A stretch of 64,000 nt of DNA, from positions 34,722,001 through 34,786,000 of the forward strand of contig NC_045696.1 of the NCBI RefSeq assembly GCF_009834535.1, written 5' to 3'. This document shows, piece by piece, positions 1 to 11,967 of the stretch. The stretch comes from Camelus ferus. Lineage: Eukaryota. Below the pieces are notes generated by a model, which saw only the letters and a list, made by a program, of their open reading frames with translations, was not told where the DNA came from and did not search any database. The position numbers and the translations under genes were made by a program. Positions within the stretch are counted from its first letter, which is position 1; each line of letters begins with the position of its first letter.

Positions 1-180
1 ACATTTGACAATGTCTGGAGACAATTTTGCTTGTCACTACTAGGGTGCTGACTACTATGGGTAGAGTTACCGATAGAGTAGGAGCCAGGAAAGCTGCTAA
101 ACATCCTGTAGTGCCCAGGTCAGCCTCCCCTACAAAAATTACCGGACCAAAACATCAGTAGTGTTGAGGTTGATTAACTG
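1..180 (+). mobile_element. MER20-like hAT-Charlie MITE (5' end cut by window edge)
   Basis: acatttgacaatgtctggagaca...gctgctaaacatcctg...gtagtgttgaggttga matches the recalled MER20 consensus. Confidence 0.8.
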
Positions 181-199
181 CTCAAGAAATTAAGAGGAA

Positions 200-600
200 A
201 AACCATGATGGAAGGAAAGATCAGGAAAGTTTCATCGAGGAGCTGTGTTTTTCCATGAACTGCTAACATGGTTTCATCTGGAGAAACACAGCATAAACAA
301 GGTTATGGAGAAGGGACTCAGCACTGTTTGTTTGGGGAGCTGTGAGAAACCCAGTGCAGTTGGAGTGGAGGGCTCACATGTCAGTGAGTGAGTGAGATCG
401 ATGCTGTGTTGTGGAGAACCTCAAATGCCAGGGTGAAGATTTCTTACTTTATTTATTAGACAATGGGGAGCCATCCAATGGGAATACTTTAGCGTAAGCA
501 TTGTTTTAGCTAGATGAGTCTGGCAGTGGTCTGAGGTCTGTGGAAGTGGAGAGCCTGGAAGACAATCCAGAAGTTATAACAGTTCAGGCTTGAGGTATTG
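200..600 (-). mobile_element. L2 LINE fragment
   Basis: Degraded purine-rich L2-like motifs (aatgccagggtgaaga...gacaatggggagcca); boundaries approximate. Confidence 0.5.
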
Positions 601-2845
601 AGTATTAATTCAAGCAGAACTTGCCTTAACCATGATGCTTGTACCAGATATCTTTGACTAAATGCAATTATAGATTAGGGTAGAGCATTCAGCCGTGGTA
701 GTACTGAATTTTTACACAAATGCATACACGTAAAGTTTTAGTTTATAAGTGATGTGGGTTTTTTACACTGCAATTTTGCTCATGTGTTTATTTCAAGTAT
801 GTTTGGTATGTTTAAAAAATTGTTATTTTGCTTCATAGGCTGAAGCAATAGAAAATTCTTATTTGAGAACATTAGCTTCTATCACTTTAATTTTGGGAAC
901 TATATGTCCCTGGTCCCTCTGTCCCCTCTAGAGTAATGTTCCTTAAAAACTGGGTTCCATGACTTTCTGTACAAATACATTGATTTGTAAGTTTGCACCA
1001 TGTTTATTTCCACTTGCCAAGGCAAAAATAAACAACCACCAAAAAGTTTGCCCTCAGACTTTCAGTGGGAAGTGAGGTGAAAATATTAGGACATTTTTTC
1101 AATGCTTATAAGTTTTGTTATTGACTTTATATCAATAAGATCAGTGCAAGCAACCATTTTTCCTCCATTCTCTTGTTCCCCAGTGCTCTGATGGAACAAC
1201 TAACCCTAGTTATATCACTGTAATTAATGCATTCAAACTTACATTTGGACAATAGAATTGATCTTATGAAGCCTGGAAGAAGCAGTTTTGAGACCATCAC
1301 TGCGAAAGTAAGTTGTTCTACTCAGTTTTCATAATCTCTTTGTTATACTCTGTTTGTAGCAGGACCTCAGTAAATATCAAAGACGTGAATGAAGAATTGA
1401 ATCAATCAAAGGTACCCAATATAGCATGGCAAAGATCCTGGAACTGAGTTCTGGCTTTGTCAACCATTAGCTTTTAGGAAAAAAAAAAAGAATTTTTGAA
1501 AATGGAAGAAAAAAGTAAATATTCTTCCTTCTTTACTTTTTCTCTTTCTCTTAGAAGAGACTTTCTAGGAAATTTTAATTTTAGTCAGTTGCTTTCAAAC
1601 ACTGGCTATTTTAATAATATTCATGACTGATTTAGATATATGTTTAAATCAGAGAAAAACTTGATAGTGAGTGATTTAATCTTTTAAATTGAATTTTTTT
1701 TTCATGGTAAATGTACCTTTTGGAAAGTTAGATAAACTATGAATTAACTTTTTATGAAGAAAATTATTGAAATGATTTATACAACTGAACTGCATGTACT
1801 GGATCTGTAAACTAGTTCAAGTAAAATTGCCACCCAGTGAACAATTTACTAATAACAAAATCCAATCAAGGAGATCATTCTATTGATGAGAACATAGTCT
1901 TACTCTGTGCTATGCATTGTACCAAGGGCTGAGAAGACAACCTTTCTACCAATAACCTGAGGAGAGGGAAGGAAGAAGACACATGTGTCAATGCATATGT
2001 ACATAGAAACATCACCATTTTGGTTTCCATGTGCATAGAATGCTCTAAATTACTTTGTAAAAGAGATAAACTGAGTGGACAGATAATTTCCTTTGCAAAA
2101 AAACATACTGGAGGTGGAAACACTCCAGTGCACTTGTCTGTGATCACTCAGAACGGCATTACAGTTGTCTGGGAGTTGGCTGCCTAGCATCGATGCAGAT
2201 ATTTTCTTTGATTTTTGCTGCAGGTAACTAGGAAGGCCCGGAGCTGCCCTTAGGCATGAGAATACCGTTGCCTTTGATCACACTGAACCATTTTTCAGGG
2301 CAACTTCTTGGTAGAGACTGCCAGCTTCCCATCCAGCAATGTCCTTCATGTCAGGAGCTGGCTTCCCAGGGACAGCTAGTGTAGCCTGGCTCACACCAAT
2401 CACTGTCTACTAGTCTGCTTCTGTAGGGCTTGGCTCACGGGGATGCAACCTCAAAATTTCTAAAAGGAAGGAAAATTTTAAATCAAAATAATGGTTTTTA
2501 AAATGACCTAAAGCATCCATTTTGAACTATGGTCCCCATGCAGGACCTGGTTTAGGAGGCACAGTTGTATCTAGACCACCTGGAAAGGCTTCAGGATGGT
2601 TTGATGACTCCCGGGCTGGAACTCAAGGCATGGATAAAGGTACTTCCACTTCAAAATCCCCCTCAGGTGACTTCTGTTAGACACACAGATGCTCAGCATT
2701 TTCACATTTGGAAAAACAGTTGCTATTAAAAAAAAGAAATGAGTTCTGCTTTTCCTATATCTCAGGGCTATGTAACTTTTTTGTTTAATTACTTTCATTT
2801 ACAGGACTTTTGGTTCTATAAAAATAGGCCTTAGAAATTAGTCTT

Positions 2846-2987
2846 TTTAAAAATTAATTAATTAATTAATTTTTGGCAGTGGGAGATGATTAGGTTTATT
2901 TATTTTTAGAGGAAATACTGGGAATTGAACCCAAGATGTTGTGCTTGCTAAGCACATGCTCTACTGCTTGAGCTATATCCTCCCCCT
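2846..2987 (-). mobile_element. tRNA-Ala-derived SINE (camelid Vic-1 type) with TSD
   Basis: Reverse complement reads gggggaggatatagctcaagcagtagagcatgtgcttagcaagcac...gggttcaattcccagta plus an AT-rich tail; flanked by cttagaa(a/c)ttagtctt at 2830-2845 and 2988-3003. Confidence 0.85.
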
Positions 2988-3559
2988 CTTAGAACTTAGT
3001 CTTGATTGGAGAATAAAATAAATGTGAGATAAATTATGCTGCATAATTAAGTAGGAGGAAGTTGGGGGTTCTAATATGGCATCTGGAAGGGGTGAGAGGT
3101 TGAAGGGGCCTAGAAGTGGGTGGCAGAGAGGAGATAGGTATTGGGACGGAAGATGACAGCAGGACCCAGGACATTTTACTAGACAAAGGCCAAAAAAGAC
3201 TAGTGACTGCTGAGATATTCCCTATGGTGGTGATAACAAGGGGACTTTGAAAGAAAAAAATGTCTAAGTATTTTGAAGTCATTTTAAATATGATCCTATG
3301 CCATTTTCTTCCTTAATTATCCCCATACCTTTAGTAAAAATACATACATATCCTTGAGTTAATGGTGCTCTGAGAAATGCAGGAAAAGAACCTCTATGTT
3401 CATTTGGAACCATTTGGGACAGCAGCTGTAGTGCACATGACAGTGGGGTGGGAGATTGAGACCAAAGTCCAGCCTAAAATTTTGGAGCTAGAGTCAACAG
3501 TCTAAGGAATATTACAGAGATGCTGGATTTCCCACTGTAGTGTGCTCATGGGACATCTT

Positions 3560-3945
3560 GTTGTTTTTTTTTTTTAATTTATTTTTTAAAAGAAATTTTC
3601 AGAACAATTTTAAGTTTATAAAGAAAACTGAGCGGAAGGCACAGAAATGTCTCATAGACTCTCTGTCCCTACACATGCATAGCCTCCCCCATTATCAGTA
3701 TCATTCGCCAGAGTGCTCTTTTTTTTTTTTTAACACCAAGGATGAACCTACATCGACACATCAAAATCACCCAAAGTTTATAGTTGACCTTAGGGTTTCA
3801 CTCTGTGCAAATATGGTGTGCATATTCAATGCTTTTGGAAAAAGGTGTAATGACATATATTCATCATTATAATATCCTACAGAGTATTTTCATGGCCCTC
3901 AAAATCCTCTGTGTTCTGCCTATTCATCTCTCCCCCTCCACCCCC
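3560..3945 (-). mobile_element. L1 3' UTR fragment (L1MC-like)
   Basis: T-rich tail followed by gatgaacctacatcgacacatc...cacccaaagtttatagtt...aaaatcctctgtgttctgcctattcatc, typical of antisense L1MC 3' ends. Confidence 0.75.
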
Positions 3946-4240
3946 AGGCTGTTGTTATTTACAGATATTAAAGGGAAGAAGACTCTTGAAGACTGGAAGA
4001 TTTGGGGGAAATTGCTTTTATTAGAAATAAGCCCAAGAGGAGAGAGGAAAAGGGAAAGGTGGGGAAATAGAGCCCCCAAATCATAACATTCTAGTCTTTT
4101 ATCTCCTCAAACATTTCATACAGGTTAAATCAAGTCAAAATGAAGTCAGCACAGCCTTGAAGAAAGAAATGTGAAAAAGCAGCAAGGAAGCAGCAAGCAT
4201 TCTGAGGATAATGTGATGTGAATTAAAAAGGGGCTGAAGC

Positions 4241-4329
4241 GGGGAGGGTGTAGCTCAGTGGTAGAGTGTGTGCTTAGCATGCACAAGGTCCTGGATTCAA
4301 TCCCCAGTACTCCATTAAAAGAAAAAAAA
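4241..4329 (+). mobile_element. tRNA-Ala-derived SINE (Vic-1 type), short copy
   Basis: ggggagggtgtagctcagtggtagag (A box) ... ggattcaatccc (B box), then an A-rich tail. Confidence 0.85.
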
Positions 4330-5183
4330 GTCTTGTTAACCAAAATACTCCATTCTCTGAACATTAGCATCACTCAAGATTTAGCTTTAATACAGGATAC
4401 AGTATTAAAAAAAAATGCACTGAGTCTATGCACTTGATCCCATTCAAAGGGGTTGTGTAACACCAGGCTTTTATTTAGCACCATCTGGCAAAGCCACAGT
4501 CTTCTCCCTCAAGGCCTGGGACCTTTCTCAATCTTCTAGTTTTACTGCCCTCTAAGGACGTCTCTGAATGGAGTACACCCTGACAGAAATGACGCTTGAC
4601 ATTCTTCTGAAAATAGAGGAGAAAGCTTAGAGATGCAATCACACACAATGGTTCATTAGCCAGTGGCCCAGAGGGAGGGGGCATCCTTATAGGAGTAGAA
4701 AGAGTAGAAGATAATCTGGAAAATGCCCTTAGTATTCTCAAAAGGAGTTTGAACACTAGGGTGAGATTGGAGAGGACAACTGAAATGAGCATGTTCCATT
4801 TAAGCACCTCTATTAAGGTGTCAGTTAATGAGACCCAGTCTTCAGGAAGACAGCTGACAATACAACCCTCAACCTTTAGAAGAAACAGTTTATTCTGGAA
4901 GGAAAAAATGTGAAGCTTTATGTGTAACCTGAAAAATTTAACCCCCTGGGTTTTAGTTTCCTTATCTGTGAAATAAAGAGATTGGAATCAAAGATTTTCC
5001 AATGCTTCTAGTTCAAAGATTTTATGATTTGATAACATTAAACAAACAGAATTTATTAACACTGAGTCATCCAAAGCCCTCTGACAAATTCCAGTGCTAT
5101 AGGCGTTTAAGACAGATCTTTGTCCTCAAGTATCATACAAGTAATTGGAAAAACAGGATATAGAAGTAAATTGAAAAGTGTAA

Positions 5184-5235
5184 ATAACTAGCATTGTAAA
5201 TCGACTACACTTCAATTAGAAAAACTAAGAATAAG
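5184..5235 (+). mobile_element. Heavily 5'-truncated L1 3' tip
   Basis: cattgtaaatcgactacacttcaat plus an A-rich tail; aaagtgtaa occurs on both sides (possible TSD). Confidence 0.55.
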
Positions 5236-7232
5236 AAAGTGTAACTCCCATTCCATAAACTCAACTGTACAAAAAGTCAGGCAGCTTTTTATTATCTAAA
5301 AAGTAACTTAATTAGTATGAAAGATTTGATCTCAGTTACTTTGGGGATTCCCTATCCTTCTTCCAAGTTACGACACACACAGCTCTAGGGGCTGGAAGAC
5401 ACCAGGCTGAGCTGGTCTCTGATATTCGGCCAAGTAAGTCAATGTTAAGCGATCAGGGTCCCACTCTGCATGGCATCCTTAGACCCTGTGATGGTCTGTT
5501 GCTTCCTCATCGTGTCTGGGACGTGGGGAGCGTCTTCAAGGCTGGCTGTTCCCAGCTGTGGCGTCTGCCACACGGAAAACACTCTCTGGGCTTGTGAGGT
5601 TTTGCTGGTGCTTCAGGGACCTGTGTGCTCGGAAGAGCTGAATGTGTTGCCTGTCTCTCTTTGCCCAGGATGTACCCTTAGTCGGGGATGTGTCATTTTC
5701 CCTTCATGTCTTCAGAGATCCTTTGTATATGTTTGTGAGCTCTCTACATTCTCCGTTGGGTTTCGGCTTTTTAAATTTCCAAAATTAAAAAGGCTTTTGA
5801 GCTACCTCTTGGTCAGCCTCCCCTGAAGCGATGAGTCACAGATGCCACTGTCTTCTTTAAATGGAGGGAAGAGAAAGGTGACATATATGGAGAAAAAAAT
5901 AATACCTCAAGTAACTTAATTTGATTAATGATTAAAAAATCATAATGTAATAGCATGCTCTTTTCTTCCTGGCTATGTATTTTTTTATAAGTGCATTTTA
6001 ACACTACCTTGTTGTAATGGGTAGATTTTGCAAGGCTTCTCGGAGGATCTGAAAAAAGAGGAAGAATTGTCAGCCTCTTTTAGAAGGGCCGGATGTCAAT
6101 CTTTTCTGCTTTACAAATTAACAGAAAATTAAGAGCATTCTTTCCAGAAAGGGACTTGATGAGACTGCCAGATGAGGGGGGGTGGGCCACGAAATCTGCT
6201 GCTGTTGCTGTTGGCTGAAGAACAGAGGGTGCAGTGGGGAGAAGCAACAGAGGGAAAAATAACAGAGAGTAACAGAAGGAAAGAACCTTTGGGAAGCGAT
6301 GCTCCCTGCTTGAAGCCAGGAGGTCACTAGACTCTAAAATACGTGTTTTGAACATGAGCTTCACGGGGTGAATGCCTGGAGAGAACTTGCAATATTCTTT
6401 GTGTAAGTACTTGGTTTTCCGGAGAATCTAATAAGTAAATATATCCTAATTTTGGGAGGGAGGTGGGTGATATAGTGACTTGCCAAAGGGTCAAATAGTT
6501 TTTCCTCAAGACACACAAAGTCAGAACTTGGGTATTTATGCTGGGGTAGTTGTCCAGATAAAAGACAGGGAAGTCTACACCAGAGGAAGCACTGAGATGG
6601 CCCAGGTCCAGAGAAATGACTAGCACAGAGCCTCCAGCATGAATATTCTTCAAACCGGGCTTATGAAGTGTGGCTTAGACACAGCTGGTGAGGACAAGAG
6701 CTGAGGACCTACATGCCCAGAAATTAAGCCAGCCCAGCCAGCCTGTGGTTAGGCCAAATTTCTGTGATGGTTAAAAAAATGTGTATCATAAATAGAACTA
6801 TTTGTATGACTTTGTTACTATGTTTTGTTTTGTTTTGTTTTGTTTTTCAGTTTTGCTTTTCCTTTAGCATTTTGGGAAAGCCTTTTTGGAAAATTCGAGG
6901 TTATCTCAACTAAGCCGTGGGATGAAAAAATGTCTCCCTCTTCTCTCCACCCAAATTTGGAGAACAAAAGGGTCGGTGTGAGGGTAGGAAAAAGTGGTGG
7001 AACTAAGCACACACTGAGTCAGGAGGTGTTCTGAACTAAAGATAGGGCATGCCAAGTGCTGACCGTGTAGTTCTTAAGCTGAACACCATTGAACGTCCCA
7101 GGAGGGAGAAGTCACTGCGGTTGGGTTTGCTGGGAAATAGTTCATGAAACAGTTTTCATTTGAAATAGACCTTTAAATACGGGTAAGTATTCAGAGAAAT
7201 GTACTTGGGTATAAGCCGGCGTTATCCGTACA

Positions 7233-7683
7233 CAGGGCATACCTCATTTTAGTGTGATTTGCTTTATTGCTACTACAGATACAAATTGAAGCTTTGTAGC
7301 AACCCTGTGTCAAGTAAGTCTTTTGGTGTCATTTTTCCAACATTTGATCATTTCATGTCTATGTGACACAGTTTGGTGATTCTCACAATATTTCAAACTT
7401 TTAATCATTATTATATTTGTTATGGTGATCTGTGTGTGATCTTTGATGTTACTATTAGGACTCACTAAAGGCTCAGTTGATGGTTAGCATTTTTTAGCAT
7501 AAACTACTTTTTAATTAAGGTATGTACAATGTTTTTTTTAGACATAATACTATTGCACACTTAATAGACTACAGTATAGTGTAAATACAGATTTTATATG
7601 CACTGGGAAACCAAAAAATTTGTGTGACTTTCTTTACTGAAATGATATGGAGCGGAACCAGCAACATCTCCAAGGTATGCCTG
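7233..7683 (+). mobile_element. Internally deleted Tigger1 MITE (Tigger1a-like)
   Basis: Terminal inverted repeats cagggcatacctc ... aaggtatgcctg; the Tigger1 left and right end sequences are joined with no transposase. Confidence 0.85.
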
Positions 7684-7704
7684 TGTTAGTTTTTACACTC
7701 AATT

Positions 7705-8194
7705 TGTTATAGAGTCCAAATTTATACTGCCTACCACACAACAGACCAATAAATTGAGGAACAAGTTGCTGAGGCAAGGAAAAATGGCTTTATTTAGAAA
7801 GCCAGCATACGAAGAAGATGGTAGACTAGTGTCCCAAAGAACCATCTTACCTGAGTTAGAATTCTGGTTTCTTTTCTACTAAAAGAGGAGGGCGTAAAGT
7901 CAAACATATCCTGGTTCCAGTCAGCCCTTGAGGGGGGTATGTTAATTTCTTTCTTCTTACAGTCATTCACAGGTGGGTCTGATCAGGATGTTTCCTGTGA
8001 GCTGAACAAAGATATTTTAGCTTAACGCTCATTACCTGGAAGGCAGAGTTCCCAGAGATGGGCTTTGATGTATAATTTAAGCTGATAGGCAACATGTCTT
8101 TAGTGATTAACGTGTAGCAAAAGCAATAGAATACAAAGGTTAAAGCAAAAGAAACAGCTCCACTGTAGAGTCAGATTTTTTCTTCTCCATTAAA
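7705..8194 (-). mobile_element. Solo ERV1-type LTR
   Basis: TG...(CA mutated) ends; 4-bp TSD aatt at 7701-7704 and 8195-8198; AATAAA on the minus strand; 3' half homologous to the LTR at 10160-10349. Confidence 0.75.
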
Positions 8195-9589
8195 AATTCA
8201 CTAAACACAGCCTGTTGAAGGAGCAGTCTTCCCAAGTCATGTTTTTCACAATCTGGATTCTCTCACTTGGCTGTGTGTGAATAAGGAAGTGGGCAAGTTA
8301 CTTTCCAAGTTACCACTGTGAAGTAAATTGATGGTGGATTAAATAAAGATATATGGAATGTTGTACAGAAAGTAGTTTTTAGGAAATCTGGAAACCTGGG
8401 TGAAGCATGGTTTTAATATCTTCTTATATGAATTATGAGATGAGTGATAAATATTAGCAGGCAGTGAATTACTATGCTTTAGCCTTTGCTTAAGAGAACT
8501 CTGACCTTGTCTCTTACAGCTTTGTGTGCAGTAGCAAGGTAAGAAAATCATTTGATTAGTTTCTTACGCATATGTATATTTCTACAGGATTTCAACTGGG
8601 AAGTTGATCATTGAAGTACAGATACAATAACTTTTAGATGATTTGTTTTGGGAGAAAGGCTTTCACTTCAGGAAGACTGCCTTCTAGATCTTGTTATATT
8701 CCTAACTAGCACTGTGACCTTGGGGAAGATACTTAATCTCTTTTTGTTTTTGCTCATTTTGGAAGTTAGATTATGTCAGAGGTCCCTGATCTTTCTCTGA
8801 GTGGGATCTACTTAATTTCTCTCTCTCTGAAAGCTAGTGGTCTGATAAAAAATTTTTTTACGTGTTATTTTGATTCTGAAGAAGGCTAACAAAGAACTGT
8901 TGTTATTAACTTGAGTTCATAATTTAATGTATCTTGCAGTATAAAACTCTAACCCTCCCATCTATGTCAAAGTCTGGGGTTAGAAGAATTTGAGAATAAT
9001 GAAATTGAGAGAGTGTAGAAGTGATTAATATTAATAAAATTCTTGAGCACAATTAAGAGGGGAAGGGCACAACTGACTTCTTCTTTACTAGGAATCCAAG
9101 AAAATTATAGGAAATGGGCATTTATTGTCAAAAAAATCTTATGGACCTTCAACCATTTACATCCCAACCATGTTTACTTTGCAGACCTGAAGCCTATTTA
9201 TTCTGTCCCAAGGACTTCAGCTTACTTCTCCATCTTCTTAAAAGATTCCATAATTGACTCAAATCTGGAGAAGAAATAGGTTATAGTCCCCTAAGATCTT
9301 TATGTCCTGCTTTACTGAAACTGAAACCCTTATTTTAGGGATTTTACAATAGCCACTTGGGGAAAGGACCAGGATAACAGTCTCAGATCACTGTAGGCGT
9401 GGCTTGTGTTGTCTGTAGGGCTTGTCTTCTTGGCTAAATGTCCGCTGTTCCTTCTTTAGACAGTTGTGGATCATAGCTGTGGGATAATGAGGCTAATGCC
9501 AGAATATTTTCCGTGCTGTCTCTCTCCCTAATATGGATTCTAACTTTGGTCTCTGGGTAAGAAGCACTTTCGGTCTGTTCAGTACTGAG

Positions 9590-9591
<2 letters not shown>

Positions 9592-9635
<44 letters not shown>

Positions 9636-9678
9636 CATATATATATATATATAAATATAAATATCATATATATATATA
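9592..9678. repeat. (CA)n + (TA)n microsatellite
   Basis: Seen directly. Confidence 0.95.
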
Positions 9679-9679
9679 A

Positions 9680-10449
9680 AACTAAAAATTGGCATTTGCC
9701 ACCTGCCTCTACAAGGATTAAATTACAAGCCACTGCAGACACTGACCTTCAACACACCCTGGGAGGAATTCAGTGTGGAGATCAGGAATGAGGCACTCTG
9801 TGCTCTGGGGAAAAAAACTGTCAGAATAGGCCTTCAGATATTTTCAGGAGAAGATTTTGAGACCCAATTCTTGCATCTCCTCATATCACTAAAATCAGTA
9901 ATGCGGCCATTTGCTCCTCGTGACTAACAGTAACTTTTGCAAAAAAATGTACTTGATTGAATGTACCCCTCCCCACTACCAAAATCACAGATATACTGAC
10001 CTTCCCCACTACCTCTTCATAGCAGTTACATAGCAGTAGTAGTAGAGAATAACCTTTGTTTTGTTAGAGGTTTACAGGGACACCATGACCTAGCCCCCGG
10101 GGATGGCTGCAAGAACAAAGAATGCCTGCAGCAAGAAGGTTACAACAAACAACCACACCCCTCCCTTGTTTTTTGTATAAAAGGAGCCTGTATTCTGACT
10201 AGAGCAGGACAGTTCTCCAAGACATTAGTCTGCCATCCTCTCGGTCTGCAGGCTTTCCAAATAAAGTCACTATTCCTTGTTCCAACACCTTGTCTCCCGA
10301 TTTATTGGCCTGTCGTGCGGTGAGCAGAACGAGTTTGGACTTGGCAACACTCAGTTATCCAAAATACTGTTCCCTGGGCTATAGCCCTCATTTTGTCCCC
10401 AGTTAAACTTAACTCACAACTCTCGTGCGATTCTGTTTCAGTCAACCAT
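9680..10449 (+). mobile_element. Solo LTR interrupted by a second LTR
   Basis: LTR-like body ...ctacctcttcatagcagtt resumes as ctcagttatcc...gggctatagccctcattttg...tcagtcaacca after the nested insert. Confidence 0.6.
10040..10349 (+). mobile_element. Nested solo ERV1-type LTR
   Basis: TATA-like tataaaa, aataaa and a ...tttggacttggcaaca end; related to the LTR at 7705-8194; 5' boundary uncertain. Confidence 0.7.
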
Positions 10450-11284
10450 AATATTTCCTTGGTTCCAGTCCCCAGAGCTTCTATAGTCACTCTTGAGATT
10501 TAGCAAAGTGGGTAATGCTCATGCTCTCTTATGAGGTGACTGGCTTCTCTTTGACTCAAACTCATCACTCCTTTTCTGAAGTTCATACTACATGATTTCA
10601 GGCAAGTGCTCCCAGAAGCGGTTTTTGCCCTATCTTTTGTCTCTGCTAGAGAATGAGGTTTCTGTTGGTTCAAAAAATCCCGATTTCTTGTGGGAATTTT
10701 GACTGTTACTGTCTTTTGTATGTAATTTATTGGTAGAGCCCAGTGACAGACACAATGTGTGGCAATGAATTTAGCCTTGCCCAGAGAGGTCTGGCTTTTG
10801 TTCCTGTCTATGAGTAACTTCTAAATCCTGGGAGGTTCCTGAGTGGCAGGCCTGTCTTTGTTATTCACAGAGGGCACCTTGGACCACCCCTGATAGTTTA
10901 TGCTAATGAGGTGACTTAAGGCGGTGCCAGTCACACCTCATAGTCTTAGCCACACTGGAAAGATCAACAATATGATTTAGGGTGGGAGCTTTGGGTCATG
11001 CAGTATTAGTCAACCTAGAGACTCAGTTCAGCTACTGGACAATCAATCAATCAATTACGCCTATGTAACGAGACCTCAATAAAAAACTCTGGATACTGAA
11101 GCTCAAGTAAGCTTCTGGGGTTGACAGTACTCTGTGTATATTGCCACAGATGAGTGCTGAGAAGGTAACATGCCATTGAAGACAATGGAAACCTCATATC
11201 TGGAACCCTCTCTGACTTGGCCCTATGCATCTCTTCTTTTGGCTAGTTTTGATTTGTATCCTTTCCTTGTAATAAAAGTAAATT

Positions 11285-11356
11285 TGTCATTCTAAGTGAA
11301 GTAAGCCAGAAAGAGAAAGAAAAATACCATATGATATCACTTATATGTGGAGTCTA
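11285..11356 (+). mobile_element. Short young L1 3' UTR fragment inside the MER21-like LTR
   Basis: gtcattctaagtgaagtaagccagaaagagaaagaaaaataccatatgatatcacttatatgtgga. Confidence 0.8.
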
Positions 11357-11613
11357 TTGAACAGAGGAGGGGTTTTTGGGAAGCTCTGATGGATAGGAGG
11401 TTAGTCATTGTACAGGTCACAACTTGGGACTTGTGATTGGCATCTGAAGTGGGGGCAGTTGTGTGGGACCGAGCCCCTTAACCTGTGGGGTCTGTGCTAA
11501 CTCCAGAGAGTTAGTGTCAGAATTGAATTAAACTGGAGGACACCTAGTTGGTGTTCAAAAAGGAGTGGAGTATTGCTTAGTGTGGAAAACCCACATATTT
11601 GGTGTCAGAATCT

Positions 11614-11967
11614 GTCTTAGTCTGTTCATGCTACTATGACAAAATACCCAGACTGGCTAACTTATAAACAACAGAAATTTATTTCTTACAGTTCTTAAGG
11701 CTGGAAGTCTGAGGTCCTGACACTGACAGATATGGTGTTTGATGAAGGCCCTCGTCCAGGCTGCAGATGCTGTGTTCTCCTCACGTGACGGAAGAGAGCT
11801 AGGGATCTCTTTGGAGCCTATTCTCTGTGGACACTAATCCCATCCATGAGGGCTCTTCCCTTATGACCTCATAGACTCCCAAAGACCCAACTTCCTGATA
11901 CCATAACATTGGGAGTTAGAATTAAACATATGCATTTTAAGGGGACACAAACATTCAGACCATAGCA
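11614..11967 (-). mobile_element. MaLR solo LTR (MLT1A/MLT1B-like)
   Basis: tgtcttagtctg...aaacaacagaaatttattt...ggggacacaaacattcagaccatagca, inserted near the 3' end of the MER21-like LTR. Confidence 0.8.

Noticed and set aside
4241..4314. tRNA-Ala(AGC) gene
   Set aside because: It has an extra 5' gggga, broken acceptor and T stems, an A-rich tail and two sibling copies with TSDs, so it is a SINE
5470..5826. 118-aa ATG-initiated ORF
   Set aside because: No recognisable domain or family, and the length is compatible with chance
7705..10349. Provirus between two related LTRs
   Set aside because: The LTRs are inverted, differ in their 5' halves and enclose no gag, pol or env sequence
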